Positions 11,346 through 21,826 of a stretch of 64,000 nt of DNA are shown piece after piece. Source of the DNA: Nitrospirota bacterium (GTDB lineage Bacteria > Nitrospirota > UBA9217); the NCBI GenBank assembly GCA_963818475.1, contig CAWFSF010000006.1, positions 2,290,907 to 2,354,906 on the forward strand, given 5' to 3'. The position numbers and the translations under genes were made by a program. Numbering within the stretch: the first letter of the stretch is position 1; each line of letters starts with the position of its first letter. The notes beneath the pieces are model-generated. The model had not been told where the DNA came from and did not search any database. It was given only the letters and a program-made list of their open reading frames with translations.

Positions 11346-13521
11346 CTACACTTCGATCTTAATGTGTTTAATGGTCCCGATTTCATGTGACCGCGTGATC
11401 GTCATCCCGGACGAGAACAATTGCTTCTCGGCCGTGATCACTTCCTTCTTCATGATCGTAGCGGATGCCAGCGACAGGTCAACATCCGTTCCGGCAAGGG
11501 GCGACTTGTTCACGCGGCCAGCACGCACCAACGGCAAGACCGGCATACAGCGGTACCGTGGACCGGATCTCCGCAATGATGTCCCGCACGGATCCATAGG
11601 TCAGGGACCCGCCCATCTTCTTCGCAATCTCCGCGAGGATCTCCCAGTCAGGACGCGATTCCCCGTAGGGCTCTTCAGCGCGGTTGATCTGCTGGAGGCG
11701 GCGCTCAAGGTTCGTGAACGTTCCGCTCTTTTCCACATAGCTTGCCGCCGGCAGCACCACATCGGCCATCTGCGCCGTCTCGGTCATAAAAATGTCCTGC
11801 ACCACGAGGAAATCGAGCTTCGCAAGCACCGGTTTGAGGCCCGGGTCGCTTCCGATCGGATCGTCGCCCATGATATAGAGGGCATGCAGTTTGCCGGAGG
11901 CCATCGCGTCGACCATCTCCACAGCGTTTTTGCCGGCCGTCTCGGGCAGGACCGCGTTCCAGGAACCGGCAAGCGAGGCCGTCGTATCAGCACTGACCTT
12001 CCGGTATCCGGGATAATAATCCGGAAGCACTCCCATATCGAGCGCACCCTGGAAGTTGCTGCGCCGTACGATGGGATAATAGGTAACATTCTTCAGAAGA
12101 CCGGCAAGCTCCTTGATCCGGCTGAAATCCGCGTCCGTGAGCTTCGACGGTACGATGACCGCCACGCTTCCGGCACCTTTCAGGACCGCTGCAGCATGCT
12201 GTGCCTCGCTGCTGCCCTGTCCGGCAGACAACGCCCTGACCAGGTCGCCCAGCGCCGCCTCGGTGCTTTGGGGGATCACGACCGAAGCAAGCTTGTTGAA
12301 TTTATTAATTCCGTCGTTCACCAGGACCAGCGTGCGGCCTTTTCGATTGACGGCGCGGACGATCTCAATGCCGGTGAGCGGGTTGATATCGCCGACTTCC
12401 TTGTCGAGCACCAGGATAACATCGTTAGTGCCCATCTGGCCGAGTTCACCGCTGAAGAACGCCGTATCGAGTCCTTTCGGCGCCTTGAGCCTCGCCAGCA
12501 GATCCACATTGTTCGTGCCCACGATCGTGCGCATGAACTTCTGGAACACATAATGGTCCTCGTTCGTGGTCCGGACGGACCCGAGACCGCCGATGCTGTC
12601 AGCCCCGCTCTTGCCCTTGATCACGTTGAGGTTCGTGGCCACCACTGCCAGCGCCTCTTCCCAGGTGCAGTCAACGAGCTCATTGCCCACGCGCATCTTC
12701 GGCGTAGTGAGCCGGTCTTTGTGATGGACCGCGTCCCAGCCGAACCGCCCCTTGGCGCAGAGATAATTGTCCTTCCCCGGGCTCACCCGCATGATCCTGC
12801 TGTCGCGGGTCTCAAGCGTGGTGGTGCAGCCGCAGCCGCAGTAGTTGCAGACGGATTTCGTCCCCTCCAGGTTCCAGGACCGGGCCTTATACTTGAACTG
12901 GCGCGTCGTGAGCGCTCCCACCGGGCAGATCTCGACGCATTCGCCGCAGAACTCGCAGTCCAGCGGCCGGTCGAAATCGGTGCTGATCCGCGCCTTGGTG
13001 CCGCGGCGGGTGAATGCCCACTCGCCTACGCCGTTCTGTTCATCGCAGATCCTGACGCATTTGCCGCAAAGGATGCAGCGGCTGATATTGCGTTCGACGA
13101 TCGGGCTCTCCAGATCAGGCGGGAGGTAGCCCTTTTCAGCATCGAACCTGCTCTGGCCGAGTCCGTACTCATGCACGAGGTCCTGGAGCTGGCACTCGCC
13201 CGCCTTGTCGCAGACCGGACAGTCGAGGGGATGCTTGATCAGCAGGAGTTCGAGCACCATCTTGCGCGCATTGATGAGCTCGGGCGACGTGGTGCGGACC
13301 ACCATGTTGTCGCCGGCCGGCGTGGTGCACGACGGCGTGAACCGGCGCGGCGTTCCCTCCACCTCCACGATGCAGATCCGGCAGGCGCCGAAGGGATGGA
13401 GCTTGTTGTCATGGCACAGGGTGGGCACCCGCGACCCGGCCGCATTAGCAGCCTCGAGGATGGTCGATCCCATGGGCACTTCTACTTTTTTTCCGTCAAC
13501 CGTTACTGTTATTTTTTGCAT
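11346..13521 (-). CDS. nuoG: NuoG/BfuA-like multi-Fe-S subunit with a degenerate molybdopterin-oxidoreductase domain (C-terminal frameshift)
   Basis: [2Fe-2S] CH...GACRIC...C, HPLDCPVCDKAGEC, CILCGKCVRIC, CEFCGECVEICP, CNYCGCGC; the FDH metal-ligand position reads NNVDLLARLKAP (no Cys/Sec). Confidence 0.8.
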
Positions 13522-13578
13522 AGGTTTTCTTCTACCTTTGTATGCAACCGCTGTTTTCCGCGGTAAATTTGTCCGCTG

Positions 13579-15387
13579 CTAATCGATCGACCAGAACCGG
13601 CACGCCTTGATGCAGGATTTGCACTTGGTGCACTTTTCAGGATCGATGTATGCAACCTGGCCTTTTTCCCACTTGAGCGCGCCGGTCGGGCAGGCCTTGA
13701 AGCACTGGCCGCACTTCTTGCATTTTGACTGATCTACCACAAACTTGACGAGCGGCGTGCAGACCCTGGCCGGGCAGCGATGCTCCTTGATATGCGCCTC
13801 GTACTCGTCGCGGAAATACTTGATCGTGGTAAGCACGGGGTTGGGCGAGGTCTGACCGAGACCGCACAGCGAGGTGTCCTTGATCTGCTGGGAAAGATCG
13901 AGCAGCAGTTCGATATCGCCTTCACGACCCTCGCCGTTCGTAATGCGCTGCAGAATGGTGAGCAGCGTTTTGTTCCCGATCCGGCAGGGCACGCACTTGC
14001 CGCAGGACTCGTCCTCGGTGAACTCAAGGAAGAACTTGGCCATGGCCGGCATACAGGTGGTCTCGTCCATCACCACCATGCCGCCTGAGCCCATGATCGC
14101 ACCGGTCTTGTTGATATTCTCGAAGTCCACGGGCGTATCGATGAGCGAACCGGGTATGCAGCCTCCCGACGGGCCGCCCATCTGCACTGCCTTGAACTTG
14201 CGGTTGTTCTTGATACCGCCGCCGATATCATAAATGATGGTCTTGAGCGGCGTGCCCATGGGCACTTCGACAAGCCCGATATTGTTCAAGGCTCCGGAGA
14301 GCGCGAACACCTTGGTGCCTTTGCTCTTCTCGGTCCCCAGGCTCGCGAACCAGTCCGCTCCGTGCAGAATGATCGGCGGTATGTTCGCAAAGGTCTCGAC
14401 GTTGTTCAACACCGATGGGCGCTGCCACAAGCCTTTGACGGCCGGGAACGGCGGCTTGGCCCGCGGCATGCCGCGCTTGCCTTCGATCGACGCCATGAGC
14501 GCCGTTTCTTCTCCGCAGACAAAAGCGCCGGCGCCCTGGTAGATCTCAATATCGAGGTCGAAACCCGTGCCGAGGATGTCCTTACCCAAGAGGCCGTGGT
14601 CCTTGGCCGATTCGATGGCAAGTTGGAGCCGTTGCACTGCCAAGGGATATTCAGCCCTTACATAGATGTACCCGTAATGGGCGTTGATCGCCTTCGCGGC
14701 AATGATCATGCCTTCGAGCACGGAGTGGGGGTCCGCCTCCATGACGCTGCGGTCCATGAACGCGCCCGGGTCACCCTCGTCTCCGTTGCACAGAATGTAC
14801 TTGATATCACCCGAAACACGGGCGCAAAGCTCCCATTTGAGGCCCGTCAAAAAGCCGGCTCCGCCCCTGCCGCGAAGTCCCGATTTCTTCATTTCGACGA
14901 CGATCTGCTCCGGCGTCATTTCCGTGAGCGCCTTGGCCGCAGCCATGTAGCCGTCGCGGGCGATGTATTCCTCGATCTTCTCGGCGTCGATGAGGCTCCG
15001 GTTCCTGAGCGCCCGGAGAACCTGGTGCTTGAAGAAGGGGATCTCGTTCATCACCGGGATCGTGTTCTTTTCCGCCGGCGGCGTGTACAGGAACTTCTGG
15101 ACCGGCCGGCCCTTGATGAAATGCTCCTCCACGAGATGCGGCACATCCTCGGGCTTCACCAGCTGATAGAAGATGTCCTCGGGGTAGACCACCATCACCG
15201 GGCCCTTGGCGCAGAACCCGTTGCACCCGGTCAGCACGATCTTGACCTCCTTCTGGAGGTTACGCTTGATGAGTTCGGTCTCGAGCGCGTCCTTGACCTT
15301 AAGGGATCCGTTTGCAACGCAGCCGGTGCCTGCGCAGATCATTATGTTCGAACGGTATGCAGTCGTTTCCACGATATTACCCCGCAC
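13579..15387 (-). CDS. nuoF: HydB/HndC/BfuB-type FMN/NADH-binding subunit (extended NuoF)
   Basis: N-terminal CAGTGC...GCNGFC, GRGGAGF, NGDEGDPGAFMDR, GAFVCGEET, GGPSGGC, SCGKCVPCRIG, C-terminal 2x[4Fe-4S]. Confidence 0.9.
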   Translation of the reverse strand: MRGNIVETTAYRSNIMICAGTGCVANGSLKVKDALETELIKRNLQKEVKIVLTGCNGFCAKGPVMVVYPEDIFYQLVKPEDVPHLVEEHFIKGRPVQKFLYTPPAEKNTIPVMNEIPFFKHQVLRALRNRSLIDAEKIEEYIARDGYMAAAKALTEMTPEQIVVEMKKSGLRGRGGAGFLTGLKWELCARVSGDIKYILCNGDEGDPGAFMDRSVMEADPHSVLEGMIIAAKAINAHYGYIYVRAEYPLAVQRLQLAIESAKDHGLLGKDILGTGFDLDIEIYQGAGAFVCGEETALMASIEGKRGMPRAKPPFPAVKGLWQRPSVLNNVETFANIPPIILHGADWFASLGTEKSKGTKVFALSGALNNIGLVEVPMGTPLKTIIYDIGGGIKNNRKFKAVQMGGPSGGCIPGSLIDTPVDFENINKTGAIMGSGGMVVMDETTCMPAMAKFFLEFTEDESCGKCVPCRIGNKTLLTILQRITNGEGREGDIELLLDLSQQIKDTSLCGLGQTSPNPVLTTIKYFRDEYEAHIKEHRCPARVCTPLVKFVVDQSKCKKCGQCFKACPTGALKWEKGQVAYIDPEKCTKCKSCIKACRFWSID

Positions 15388-15451
15388 ATGAATTGTAGGT
15401 TCTGTTCTTAGTTACCTGCTCGCTCCTGGTTGTCGAGCGTTTTTTACCTGA

Positions 15452-15829
15452 CTAATAGGTCGTTTCGTGCCCGGCAACCAGGGCGTATTCTTTGACCGGC
15501 CGGCCCGCAACGACATGCTCGGCGAAGATCTTGCGCATCTTTTCTTCCGTCAGAGCAGTATATTTTATCGGCGGCTCCCCGGTGGTCTCGATGGTGGTCA
15601 TCGGTTCCTGGCTGCACAGGCCCGCGCAGCCCGAGGTCGTGATCGCCACGTCCTTCAGATTGGACTTGGCAAGCTCTTCCATGATGGTGTTCATGATGCC
15701 CCGGGCGCCCGCAGCAATCCCGCAGGTCCCCATATGCACCGTGATCTTGACCCTGAACCCACCCTCGCGAAGCCCTTGATGGTAGTCTTCCTTGATCTTT
15801 TTTAAATCAGCGATCGTCAGCTTTGCCAT
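15452..15829 (-). CDS. HndB-like thioredoxin-fold [2Fe-2S] ferredoxin subunit
   Basis: VHMGTCGIAAGA and GCAGLCSQEP motifs. Confidence 0.85.
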   Translation of the reverse strand: MAKLTIADLKKIKEDYHQGLREGGFRVKITVHMGTCGIAAGARGIMNTIMEELAKSNLKDVAITTSGCAGLCSQEPMTTIETTGEPPIKYTALTEEKMRKIFAEHVVAGRPVKEYALVAGHETTY

Positions 15830-15844
15830 ATACCCCCCATAGGG

Positions 15845-15930
15845 GAAATCCTAAATTCGAATACCGAAATACTAAACGTTTCAGTTGTTTCGATATTATT
15901 TAGAATTTCGTATTTCGCATTTCGAAATTG
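15845..15930. repeat. Intergenic palindromic heptamer array (hndA-hndB)
   Basis: AAATCCTAAATTCGAATACCGAAATACTAAAC ... TTTAGAATTTCGTATTTCGCATTTCGAAATT. Confidence 0.7.
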
Positions 15931-15932
15931 CC

Positions 15933-16442
15933 CTAGTCGTATTTCTTAATAATGTCCATTACCTTCGTGGCCGCCACATCGCCGTAGGTGTCCTGCCCGA
16001 TGACCACAACCGGTGCGAGGCCGCATGCGCCGAGGCACCGCACTGCCTCGAGGGAATACTTCTTGTCCCGGGTGATCTCGCCGACTTCGAGGTCCAGTTC
16101 AGCCTTGATCTTTTCGATGATCTCCTCGCTTCGTTTCACGTAGCAGGCGGTCCCGAGGCAGACCCGGATCACGTGCTTGCCGCGCGGGACCAGGGTGAAG
16201 TAGGAATAGAAGGTGGCCACGCCGAAGACCACGCTGGGAGACATGTTCATGCCTTTCGCGATATAGCGCTGCACGATATGCGGGAGATACCCGCAGATCT
16301 CCTGCGCCTGCTGCAGTACGGGAATCAGCGAACCGGGCTTGTCCTTGTACTTTTCAATGATCACGTCGATCTTCCGGTACATCTCGGGCAAGATGACCTC
16401 ATTGTTTGTGGCAGTATGTTCTGCTGCTTCTGTACTCATCAT
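15933..16442 (-). CDS. nuoE: NuoE/HndA [2Fe-2S] subunit
   Basis: GVATFYSYF, CLGTAC and CLGACGLAP. Confidence 0.9.
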   Translation of the reverse strand: MMSTEAAEHTATNNEVILPEMYRKIDVIIEKYKDKPGSLIPVLQQAQEICGYLPHIVQRYIAKGMNMSPSVVFGVATFYSYFTLVPRGKHVIRVCLGTACYVKRSEEIIEKIKAELDLEVGEITRDKKYSLEAVRCLGACGLAPVVVIGQDTYGDVAATKVMDIIKKYD

Positions 16443-16475
16443 TAACCTCTTCGACTCACCTGATGAATTTTTCTT

Positions 16476-17006
16476 TCAGATCCTCATACCGTGCTGCAGC
16501 ATGCCCCTGAGTGCTTCGAATACCGCCGGGCTGTTGATCGGCACATCGTCGAGCTCGTTCTTTATCTCCCGGGTGTCAAGCCGGAAGACCTCACCGTCCA
16601 CGCGTTCTTCGTAGACCATATCCAGCTCAGGATGGCCCGCAATGATCGTCAGCAGGGTATCTGCCATGGCGCCCATCTTGGGCCGGTCAATGTTGCTCCA
16701 CTGGAACGTGACCGTTACCCGGGTGCCGCTGTTCGGCGCTGAGTCGATCGTCAGGCCGCCGCCTGCCTGCTCCGCTGCCTGGGCCAGAAGCGGAATTCCG
16801 AGACCTGTTTTCTTATGTTTCGTCGAAAAAAAAGGGTTCCGGACCCTTGCCAGCGTCTCGGCATCCATCCCTCTTCCGTTATCAATCACCAGTATCTGCA
16901 GAAGGTCCTGAGCACTGTCCCTGTTGGCCAGTATTTCAATTCTTGTCGCGCCAGCCCGAAGCGAGTTCTCTGCAATATCGAGGATATGGAGCGAAATTTC
17001 TTCCAT
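16476..17006 (-). CDS. Stand-alone HATPase_c (histidine-kinase-like ATP-binding) protein
   Basis: MEEISLHILDIAENS (N box), DNGRGM, NPFFSTK, GLGIP; no DHp/His domain. Confidence 0.8.
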   Translation of the reverse strand: MEEISLHILDIAENSLRAGATRIEILANRDSAQDLLQILVIDNGRGMDAETLARVRNPFFSTKHKKTGLGIPLLAQAAEQAGGGLTIDSAPNSGTRVTVTFQWSNIDRPKMGAMADTLLTIIAGHPELDMVYEERVDGEVFRLDTREIKNELDDVPINSPAVFEALRGMLQHGMRI

Positions 17007-17010
17007 TACC

Positions 17011-17757
17011 TCAGTACTCAGCCTTCCTGCCATCTTTTCCGGCAAGGGCCTTTTTGATCTCGGCAACCGTGCCCTCTTCCAGCAAAAAGGATGTAAACCG
17101 CTTCCCCATATCTGCAGGGCTGTGAGCATCCGAACTCGTGACCATTGGATACTTCGCGCAATCAGGGAATCGTTTTCGAGCCTCGACAATGTTCGAGTTT
17201 GCCGATACCTCCACCGCATCCAGAACCAGCGTATCAGGGATGAACCCAAGCTGTCCGATAATGCTGAAGGATTCCCGGTCAACATGAGCAGCTATTACAA
17301 GGCTGTCACCCTTTGCCGCCCGGGCTTTAGCAACGATCGCTTCTGCGGGCAGCGATGTAGCTCCGATCAGAAGCCGCTCACAAAAGCCGGTTACTCCATC
17401 CTCGTCGTCAGCGATCACCTGCAGTCCAAAGGAGTGACCGTCATTTTTTCCGGCAAGGTGTTGGTAAACAAACTTCTGGAAATCCAGGAGATCGTCGTCA
17501 TCATCAAAGAACACCAGGATGTGCGCTTCCTCGGAAGAAGTGACTTCCATCCCGCCGAGAACAATCAACCCGTTGCGGAGCCCGGCTTTTTTCACGGCAA
17601 TGACGTTTTCAGCCGAGTTATGGTCACACACACCGATCAGGTCGATCCCCTTCTCGATGGCAGCGCTCACGACCTCCCTCGGTGACATGTCAAGACCGGA
17701 GCAGGGAGACAGGCAGGTGTGTACATGAAGATCGGCCTTAAAGCGCCTCAGCGCCAC
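17011..17757 (-). CDS. PHP-domain phosphoesterase
   Basis: DLHVHTCLSPC, DHNS, AHVDR, SSDAH. Confidence 0.85.
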   Translation of the reverse strand: MALRRFKADLHVHTCLSPCSGLDMSPREVVSAAIEKGIDLIGVCDHNSAENVIAVKKAGLRNGLIVLGGMEVTSSEEAHILVFFDDDDDLLDFQKFVYQHLAGKNDGHSFGLQVIADDEDGVTGFCERLLIGATSLPAEAIVAKARAAKGDSLVIAAHVDRESFSIIGQLGFIPDTLVLDAVEVSANSNIVEARKRFPDCAKYPMVTSSDAHSPADMGKRFTSFLLEEGTVAEIKKALAGKDGRKAEY

Positions 17758-18088
17758 GGATACCTGCCTTATACAATCTGCCCACCAGTTCGAACGCCGA
17801 AAGGTTGCTCACCATGATCGGAATGCCTTCTACCTCGGCCTTGGCGATCGTATCCTGGTCCGGGACCCTGCCCTGTATCAGAATGATGCCCGACAGCCCC
17901 GTATGTGCTGCCACGGCCACAATGTTGTGGTGGATATGGAGCGTGACCCATAGGTTCCCGTCCTCGGCGTGGGCCAGGACGTCCGACAGGAGGTCGCTCA
18001 CGTACCCGCCGGTCACCTCGTTATCAAGATGCCCTGCGCCGGTTTTGACGGTCAAGCCGAACTCCGCTACCAGGTCACGTAGTTTCAT
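17738..18088 (-). CDS. DRTGG-domain protein
   Basis: VTGGYVSDLLSDVL, LWVT, IVAVA; ~116 aa. Confidence 0.8.
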   Translation of the reverse strand: MKLRDLVAEFGLTVKTGAGHLDNEVTGGYVSDLLSDVLAHAEDGNLWVTLHIHHNIVAVAAHTGLSGIILIQGRVPDQDTIAKAEVEGIPIMVSNLSAFELVGRLYKAGIRGAEAL

Positions 18089-18098
18089 TGGTCTCCGG

Positions 18099-19055
18099 TC
18101 AACTCGTATAATAGAACTGCATGGTCAGATGAGTTCCCTCGGGCACCGATGATACGAGGTTCATCTCATCGGCGCATTTTTTCATGTTCGCCAGCCCCAT
18201 GCCGGCGCCGAACCCTAATTCCCGCACCCAGTCCGGCGCTGTGGAAAAACCGGGCTGCAATGCTTTTTCGACATCGGGTATTCCGGGCCCGGTGTCGATC
18301 GCCTCCACCGTAACCCCCCACTTTTCCACCTGGGCACGGATCACACCGCCCTTGGTATATGAAGCGAGATTTATCTCTGCTTCGTACGTGGCAACCCCGA
18401 TCCTCCTGAGGAGAGGCGGGCAGACACCCAGTTTTTTGAGAGCATTCTTGAGTTCGCTCGCCGCCTTACCGGCGTCCTTCAGTGTCTGACCAATAATATT
18501 GTATTTAAATGTGAAGCTGATTTCGTCCGCAGTCACATCCTCAAAGAACTTCCGCATGGTCGGACGCTGACGCGTCAGGGCAGCCTTTGATTCCGACTGC
18601 TCGTATTCGACCTCAAGTTTCTTCAACAGGCCTTCGACAATACTCCCCTTCGTGACGATGCCGACCAGCTCATTGTCCCGGTTCAAAACGGGGTACCGCC
18701 GGTAACCGAATTTGGAGAACTTTGCTATGCAGTGAACAAGCAATTCATCAGCATAGAGACACTCAACCTTTGTTTTCATTCTCTCCCGGATGGGAGCATT
18801 GATCGCGTTGTCGGTCAGTGCGTTGATCAGATCTTCTATGCTGATCATGCCGACGAGCTTTCCATTCTCCACAACCGGTGTGCCGGACAGCCGGTTGTCA
18901 CGCAAGAGGATCCTGAGCTCCGACATGGTCTGCTCAGGCCCTACGGTGACCATCGTCGGGGGCATGACCTCGCCGACGGTAAGCTCGTAGACCATCTCCT
19001 GGGTCTTGGTCAACCGGTCCAGTGTTCCCTGATCTTTACCTTGCGATGCAATCAC
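18099..19055 (-). CDS. CBS-pair plus RsbT-like anti-sigma/Ser-Thr kinase (HATPase) fusion
   Basis: Two N-terminal CBS repeats (SGTPVVENGKLVGMIS; RRYPVLNRDNELVGIVT); C-terminal YEAEIN, DTGPGIPD, GFSTA, GAGMGL. Confidence 0.82.
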   Translation of the reverse strand: MIASQGKDQGTLDRLTKTQEMVYELTVGEVMPPTMVTVGPEQTMSELRILLRDNRLSGTPVVENGKLVGMISIEDLINALTDNAINAPIRERMKTKVECLYADELLVHCIAKFSKFGYRRYPVLNRDNELVGIVTKGSIVEGLLKKLEVEYEQSESKAALTRQRPTMRKFFEDVTADEISFTFKYNIIGQTLKDAGKAASELKNALKKLGVCPPLLRRIGVATYEAEINLASYTKGGVIRAQVEKWGVTVEAIDTGPGIPDVEKALQPGFSTAPDWVRELGFGAGMGLANMKKCADEMNLVSSVPEGTHLTMQFYYTS

Positions 19056-19056
19056 G

Positions 19057-19431
19057 TTATTGCCGTTCGTCTACCCCTCTGAGCCCGCTCGTGTACAAGA
19101 TGCCGCAGGCCTCGAACATGGACAACCTCGTAATGAAGAGAGGAATCTCTTTTTGCTTTGCCAGTGCCACGGTTTCCGCTTCAGGTCGCTTCCCGCGCAC
19201 TACACAAACCGCTTTGATATCGGCGATATCAGCGGTCCGTACTGCCTGGGGGTTCGTGATCCCCGTGATCAGAATGCCATTCGCGTGCATACGACCGAGC
19301 ACATCGCTCATAAGATCGGCGCTGAAACAGCTATCCACTTCAATTTCGCTTATAAGGCCGCTCCCGGCAAGGACCTCAGCGTTCAAAAGCGTGACGATCT
19401 CTTTCAAATTCATGCCGCGTTCCTCAGCCAC
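19057..19431 (-). CDS. DRTGG-domain protein
   Basis: SADLMSDVL, LITGITNPQAVRTA, VRGKRP. Confidence 0.8.
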   Translation of the reverse strand: MAEERGMNLKEIVTLLNAEVLAGSGLISEIEVDSCFSADLMSDVLGRMHANGILITGITNPQAVRTADIADIKAVCVVRGKRPEAETVALAKQKEIPLFITRLSMFEACGILYTSGLRGVDERQ

Positions 19432-20631
19432 TTACCGGTCAACCTCACCCAGCACGATGTCGATGGTCCCGATGCATGAGATAACATCGGCCACCATATG
19501 GCCGGTCACCATCTTCGAAAGGGCGCTCACGTGCACATACGAGGGGGCGCGGATCTTGATGCGGTAGGGCCGGCCGCTGCCGTCGCTTACTATATAGAAC
19601 CCGAGTTCGCCCTTCGGCGCCTCGGTCGCCACGTAGACCTCGCCCTTGGGCATGGGGACCCACTTGCTCATGAGCACGAACTGGTGGGCCAGCGATTCCA
19701 TGTTTTTCATGACGTTCATTTTCTCGGGAATGGCGTACCGCGGGTCCGGGGTCACCACCGGACCGGGCGGCATCATATCGAGGCACTGTTTGATGATCCG
19801 GTTGCTCTGGCGCATCTCATTGATGCGCACGATGTACCGGTCGTAGACATCGCCGTTCTTTCCGAGCGGCACGTCGAAATCAACCTTATCGTAGGCCGCA
19901 TAGGGTTCGACCTTGCGCAGATCGTAGTTCACGCCGGAACCGCGGAGCGTACCGCCCGTCAGGCCGTAGTTGACCGCATCCTTGGCCGAGAACACGCCAA
20001 TGCCCACGGTGCGCTGGAGCCAGATGCGATTTTGCCGGATCAGCGTATCGTACTCTTCAAGCCGTTTGGGGAAGATCTCGGTGAATTCACGGCACTTATC
20101 AATGAAATCACGCGGTATATCGTTGCGTACGCCGCCGATGCGAACATAGCTCACGGTCTGGCGTGCTCCCGTCACCATCTCGGTAAGGTCGAGGATAAGC
20201 TCCCGTTCCCGCAGCGTATACATGCAGACCGTCATGGCACCGATGTCAAGGGCATGGGTGCCAAGCCACACCAGATGGCCCGAAAGCCGCGTCAGCTCCG
20301 CCATCAGCGTTCTGATGAACTGCGCCCGCTCCGGGACCTCGATGTTGGCAAGCTTCTCGACGGCAACCACGTACCCGAGGTTATTGTTCATGCAGGTGAT
20401 ATATTCCAGCCGGTCAGTCATGGGGATGATCTGATGGTAGGTCCTGCTCTCCATCCACTTTTCGATCCCGCGGTGGAGATACCCGGGGCGGGCGTCGCAG
20501 CCTACCACGGTCTCGCCCTGCAGGTCGAGCACCAGGCGCAGCACGCCGTGGGTGGCCGGATGCTGCGGCCCCATGTTGAGCGTTATTTCTTTCTGGACTA
20601 TTTCTTTTTCTGTCGTCTCTGTCGCTGACAT
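19432..20631 (-). CDS. nuoD: NADH-quinone oxidoreductase subunit D
   Basis: NMGPQHPATHGVLRL, GYLHRGIEK, EAPKGELG, DIVLGEVDR; no NiFe CxxC pairs. Confidence 0.95.
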   Translation of the reverse strand: MSATETTEKEIVQKEITLNMGPQHPATHGVLRLVLDLQGETVVGCDARPGYLHRGIEKWMESRTYHQIIPMTDRLEYITCMNNNLGYVVAVEKLANIEVPERAQFIRTLMAELTRLSGHLVWLGTHALDIGAMTVCMYTLRERELILDLTEMVTGARQTVSYVRIGGVRNDIPRDFIDKCREFTEIFPKRLEEYDTLIRQNRIWLQRTVGIGVFSAKDAVNYGLTGGTLRGSGVNYDLRKVEPYAAYDKVDFDVPLGKNGDVYDRYIVRINEMRQSNRIIKQCLDMMPPGPVVTPDPRYAIPEKMNVMKNMESLAHQFVLMSKWVPMPKGEVYVATEAPKGELGFYIVSDGSGRPYRIKIRAPSYVHVSALSKMVTGHMVADVISCIGTIDIVLGEVDR

Positions 20632-20647
20632 AGTGTCACCATCTGAT

Positions 20648-20780
20648 AAAATTCCAATTTTCAAATCCCAAATCTCAAATACTATCCAAATTTAAAATTC
20701 CAATTTTCAAAGTGTTTGTATTTTGATGCTTGCAATTTGGAATGTATTTGTCATTTGGTGCTTGAAGTTTGGTGCTTGTC
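20648..20780. repeat. Intergenic palindromic AT-rich heptamer array (nuoC-nuoD)
   Basis: AATTCCAATTTTCAAATCCCAAATCTCAAAT ... ATTTGGAATGTATTTGTCATTTGGTGCTTG; resembles the 8680-8808 element. Confidence 0.72.
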
Positions 20781-20784
20781 GTTA

Positions 20785-21255
20785 TCAGTATCCTTTCAGC
20801 GGATATTCCTTCCGGAGCGGATGCCCTTCCCAGTCCTCGGGCAGCAGGATCCGGCGAAGGTCGGGATGGCCGTCGAACTTGATCCCCATGAGATCGAAGG
20901 TCTCGCGTTCGTGCCAGTTGGCTGTTTGCCAGACCGACGACACCGTGTCGATCCGCGGGTCCTCTTCCGGCACACGCACCTTCAAACGGATGCGGTGGCG
21001 GTACTCGATAGAGATAAGGTTATAAACGACTTCGAAGCGGAGACCGGTGTCACCCGGATAGGTCGAGTAATCGACGGCCGTCAGGTCGGCCAAGTGGTCC
21101 ATCTGGAGGGAGGGTTCATCTTTGAGGTACAGACAGATGTCCCGGATCCTGTCTTTTTTGACCATGATCGAGACCTGACCTGCAAAGGTCGTCGTATCCA
21201 GGACCTGACCGGCGAATTTTTCTTCTACCATCTTAGCGATCTGTAAGGGATCCAT
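20785..21255 (-). CDS. nuoC: NADH-quinone oxidoreductase subunit C
   Basis: ANWHERETFDLMGIKFDGHPDLRRIL, GHPLRKEYP. Confidence 0.95.
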   Translation of the reverse strand: MDPLQIAKMVEEKFAGQVLDTTTFAGQVSIMVKKDRIRDICLYLKDEPSLQMDHLADLTAVDYSTYPGDTGLRFEVVYNLISIEYRHRIRLKVRVPEEDPRIDTVSSVWQTANWHERETFDLMGIKFDGHPDLRRILLPEDWEGHPLRKEYPLKGY

Positions 21256-21325
21256 ACAACCTCGTCACGGTCCGCACCGCGCAAAAGGTCCGCGGTGCTC
21301 GGTTTCGATCAGGATATTTGGTGTA

Positions 21326-21826
21326 TTACTTCCGGATATAGTGCTCTTTCTTGATCTTCTCTTGCAGTTTGATGATGCCGTTCATCAGGGCCTCAGGACG
21401 CGGCGGGCAGCCCGGTATGTAGACGTCAACGGGAATGATATTGTCAACGCCCTGCACCACGGCGTAGGTATTAAAGATGCCGCCGGAACCGGCGCAGCTT
21501 CCCATGGCGATGACATACCGCGGTTCGGGCATCTGGTCATAGACGCGGCGCACGATGGGTGCCATCTTTTTCGAAAGCGTACCGGCTACCAGGAGCAGGT
21601 CGGACTGCCGGGGAGACGGACGGGGTACGGTGCCGAAGCGGTCGAAGTCGTGCTGGGGAGCGGAATAATACTGGATCATTTCAATGGCGCAGCAGGCGAG
21701 GCCGAACGTCATGGGCCAGATGGAGCTTGCACGGCAGTAATTGAGAAAACCATCGACGGTGGTCGTGATATACCCGTCCTCAAAAAGATTCTGGACTACT
21801 CCCATTCGAGCGCCCCTTTCTTCCAC
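21326..21826 (-). CDS. nuoB: NADH-quinone oxidoreductase subunit B (start may be ~21805)
   Basis: [28 protein letters not shown]. Confidence 0.95.
   Translation of the reverse strand: MEERGARMGVVQNLFEDGYITTTVDGFLNYCRASSIWPMTFGLACCAIEMIQYYSAPQHDFDRFGTVPRPSPRQSDLLLVAGTLSKKMAPIVRRVYDQMPEPRYVIAMGSCAGSGGIFNTYAVVQGVDNIIPVDVYIPGCPPRPEALMNGIIKLQEKIKKEHYIRK

Noticed and set aside
11346-13521. Formate dehydrogenase (including a Sec-containing form) or [FeFe]-hydrogenase
   Set aside because: The Mo/W-ligand position reads ARLKAP with no Cys or TGA, and there are no H-cluster motifs.
11308-13566. Long plus-strand ORFs (e.g. 752 aa here; also 16-1416, 23109-24773, 49076-50359)
   Set aside because: They are antisense shadows of high-GC genes and have no recognisable motifs.
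19432-21826. Group 4 NiFe hydrogenase
   Set aside because: The large subunit lacks both CxxC Ni-binding motifs and has NuoD quinone-site motifs.
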